Positions 16,157 through 18,176 of a stretch of 18,176 bases of DNA are shown one piece after another. Below the pieces are notes generated by a model. The model was not told the DNA's origin, ran no database searches, and saw only the letters and a program-made list of their open reading frames with translations. The first letter of the stretch is position 1, and each line of letters starts with the position of its first letter. The position numbers were made by a program, and so were the translations under genes. The stretch is taken from assembly GCA_036149055.1 (NCBI GenBank), contig JAYZQJ010000247.1, forward strand, positions 1-18,176, given 5' to 3'. This DNA is from Myxococcota bacterium. GTDB lineage: Bacteria > Myxococcota_A > Polyangia > Polyangiales > Sandaracinaceae.

Positions 16157-17946
16157 GCCGGACGCGCGAGTCCTTCGAGGCGACCCTGAAGGCGACGTCG
16201 ATCGACGTCGGCTCGCTCTCGCTGCGTCCGGACGGCACCCTCGCGAGCGAGCCCGCGGCCGAGCCCCCCACCCTCCCCCCGCTCCCGGTGACCGAGAGCA
16301 GCGGGGAGCTCCGGCTGGGCGCGGTGATCGGCGAGGGTGGCATGGGCGTGGTGCGCGCCGCCGAGCAGCGAGCGCTCGGCCGGGAGGTGGCGGTCAAGGC
16401 GCTCCGCGAGGAGGCGCGCACCCCCGGGCGCGTGGCCGACTTCATCCGCGAGGCGCGCGTCACCGGCTCCCTCTCGCACCCGAACGTGGTGCCCATCCAC
16501 GGGCTCGGGGTCGCCCCGGACGGCGCGCCGCTCATCATCATGAAGCGGGTCGAAGGCCGGAGCTGGCGCACGCACATCGAGGAGACCTTCGGCCGAGCGG
16601 AGCACCTCGAGGTCCACCTCGACACCCTGCTCGCCGTCTGTCGCGCGGTGGAGATGGCGCACGCCCGCGGCATCCTCCACCGGGATCTCAAGCCCGACAA
16701 CGTCCTGGTCGGCCCCTTCGGCGAGGTCCTGGTCGTCGACTGGGGCCTCGCGGTGCGGTTCCGTGACGACGCCGAGCCGGCCGAGCTCCCCCACTGCGCC
16801 AGCCTCCGCAGCGTCGTGGGCACGCCGCGCTACATGGCGCCCGAGATGGCGAGCGGCGACGGGACGCGCTTCGGTCCTCACACCGACGTCTACCTGCTCG
16901 GCGCGACGTTGCACCACGTCCTGACGAACCAGCCGCGCCACGACGGCCCGACCCTGATGACGCTGCTGTACCACGCGTTCGCGTCGGAGCCGTTCGTGTA
17001 CGGCGGCGAGGTGCCGGCGGAGCTCGGCGCGATCGCCAACCGCGCGTGCGCGCCGGATCCCGCCGATCGCTTCGAGAGCGTGGCCGCGCTTCGGCGGGCG
17101 ATCCTGGACTACCGGGCCCACTCCGGCTCCCGCCGGCTCGCGACCGAGGCCCGTCGTCGGCTCGACGAGGGCGGCGACCTGTCGACCTGCCGCTTCGGCT
17201 TCGAGCAAGCGCTCGCCGCGTGGCCGGGCAACGAGGCGGCGCGGGCGGGCCTGCGCGAGACGCTCGGGGTGATGGTCGAGCGCGCCCTCGCGCGCGACGC
17301 CATCGGCGAGGCGGAGGCGCTGCTGGAGGAGCTCGGCCAGCTGTCCGACGCCGACGGGCTGCGGGCCCGGGTCTCGGAGCTGCGGGTCGACCTCGACCGC
17401 CGCGCCGCGCGGATCGAGGCGCTCGAGGCGGAGGCACGCGACCGGGACCTCGGGCTCTCGGCGGGCTCCCGCAGGACCTACGGCGTCGCGTTCGGGGTGC
17501 TCTTCCTCCTCTACAACGCCGCCCTCGGTGTCCTGGCCCTCGCGGGCCCGGGGCCCGTCGGCTTCTTCACCTACGTCGCCGGCGCGGGGGCCATCGCGGG
17601 GCTGCTGGGCGCGCTGGCCATCACGCGATCCCCGGACCTGCTGCCGAACCAGGCGGGTCGGCGCCTCTTCTTCGGGCTGGCGGCCCTGCTCCTCGCGCAA
17701 GCGCCGGTCTTCTTCGCCGTGGGCTGGCTCGGGGGGAGCATCGAGCAGGCGCTCGCGGTGTCCTTGCTGCAGCTCGCGGGCAGCATCGCGATCAAGAGCC
17801 TCGCGGTCGACCCTCGGACGCTGTGGGTGGCCGCGCTGAGCCTCGCGCTCGGCGCTCTGTCGCTCGCGGTGCCGTCGGTCAGCTGGTTCGCGGTCGGCGT
17901 GGCGTACGCGGCGTTCTTCGTGTTCGGGTCGATGCTGGATTTTTAG
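16153..17946 (+). CDS. Hanks-type Ser/Thr protein kinase with C-terminal ~6-TM membrane domain (597 aa)
   Basis: The true start is ATG 16153 (ATGA overlap), inside the over-extended ORF 12871..17946. GEGGMGVV, VAVK, HRDLKPDN, DWG, GTPRYMAPE and TDVYLLG, followed by a helical/coiled-coil linker and about six hydrophobic segments. Confidence 0.9.
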   Translation: MSRTRESFEATLKATSIDVGSLSLRPDGTLASEPAAEPPTLPPLPVTESSGELRLGAVIGEGGMGVVRAAEQRALGREVAVKALREEARTPGRVADFIREARVTGSLSHPNVVPIHGLGVAPDGAPLIIMKRVEGRSWRTHIEETFGRAEHLEVHLDTLLAVCRAVEMAHARGILHRDLKPDNVLVGPFGEVLVVDWGLAVRFRDDAEPAELPHCASLRSVVGTPRYMAPEMASGDGTRFGPHTDVYLLGATLHHVLTNQPRHDGPTLMTLLYHAFASEPFVYGGEVPAELGAIANRACAPDPADRFESVAALRRAILDYRAHSGSRRLATEARRRLDEGGDLSTCRFGFEQALAAWPGNEAARAGLRETLGVMVERALARDAIGEAEALLEELGQLSDADGLRARVSELRVDLDRRAARIEALEAEARDRDLGLSAGSRRTYGVAFGVLFLLYNAALGVLALAGPGPVGFFTYVAGAGAIAGLLGALAITRSPDLLPNQAGRRLFFGLAALLLAQAPVFFAVGWLGGSIEQALAVSLLQLAGSIAIKSLAVDPRTLWVAALSLALGALSLAVPSVSWFAVGVAYAAFFVFGSMLDF

Positions 17947-18176
17947 GAGGGTTTGGGGCAACCCCTCTGCTTCTCGTTGGAGGGTTTGGGGCAAACCCTC
18001 CCCCCATGGGGCGAAGCGCCCATGGGGCCCCCCTCCCGACTCCGTCGGGACGTCGCGCTTCGCGCTCGTCCCGCGACCCCAGCGCGGGGCGCTGGGGGCC
18101 CTGCGGCACGCGCTGCTTCTTGCGGGCGGGTTTGAGGCAAACCCTCCCCCCATGGGGCGAAGCGCCCATGGGGCCC
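17946..18176. repeat. REP/MITE-like composite palindromic repeat array (truncated by window end)
   Basis: 64-nt direct repeat at 17967-18030 and 18113-18176 (period 146; last 41 nt identical). Three copies of GG(A/C)GGGTTTG(G/A)GGCAA(A/C)CCCTC and at least five distinct hairpins. Confidence 0.8.

Noticed and set aside
97..18153. Numerous long antisense/alternative-frame ORFs (e.g. 97..1287, 1387..2772, 4665..6122, 6083..7747, 8391..9896, 10592..12511, 10720..12765, 14777..16144, 15865..18153)
   Set aside because: These are expected in very high-GC DNA where stop codons are rare. They show no recognisable motifs and fully overlap well-supported genes.
17879..18169. Small ORFs over the terminal repeat (17879..18169, 17943..18140, 17953..18135)
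   Set aside because: They are translations of palindromic repeat DNA with atypical codon usage and no protein features.
17946..18176. CRISPR array
   Set aside because: Only two full units are present. The 64-nt repeat and 82-nt, itself highly palindromic, spacer are outside typical CRISPR sizes, and there are no cas genes in the window.

Overview
Very GC-rich (visually >70%) chromosomal DNA that looks myxobacterial (Myxococcota; Polyangiales/Sandaracinaceae-like by inference from the MYXO-CTERM-type tail, Cys-rich lipoproteins and Hanks kinases). There are 13 complete CDSs plus a likely gene 3' end at the left edge. In order: an intrinsic terminator; a translationally coupled operon of two FadL/OmpP1-type outer-membrane barrels and a beta-propeller lipoprotein; a minus-strand ethanolamine-permease-type APC transporter coupled to an unknown His-containing protein; four disulfide-rich surface proteins; a coupled yggX / membrane-anchored MutS-domain-V ATPase pair; two overlapping Ser/Thr kinase genes (a large soluble non-RD kinase and a ~6-TM RD kinase); and a REP/MITE-like hairpin repeat array that runs off the window end. 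The most striking items are a protease-less lipoprotein combining two proprotein-convertase P domains, a CUB-like domain, a pacifastin-consensus module and a Kazal module; the tandem FadL operon with a palindromic operator candidate; and TANNNT boxes 6-8 nt before five start codons, suggesting leaderless mRNAs and a compact bidirectional promoter. All calls come from motif recognition by eye; no searches were run.
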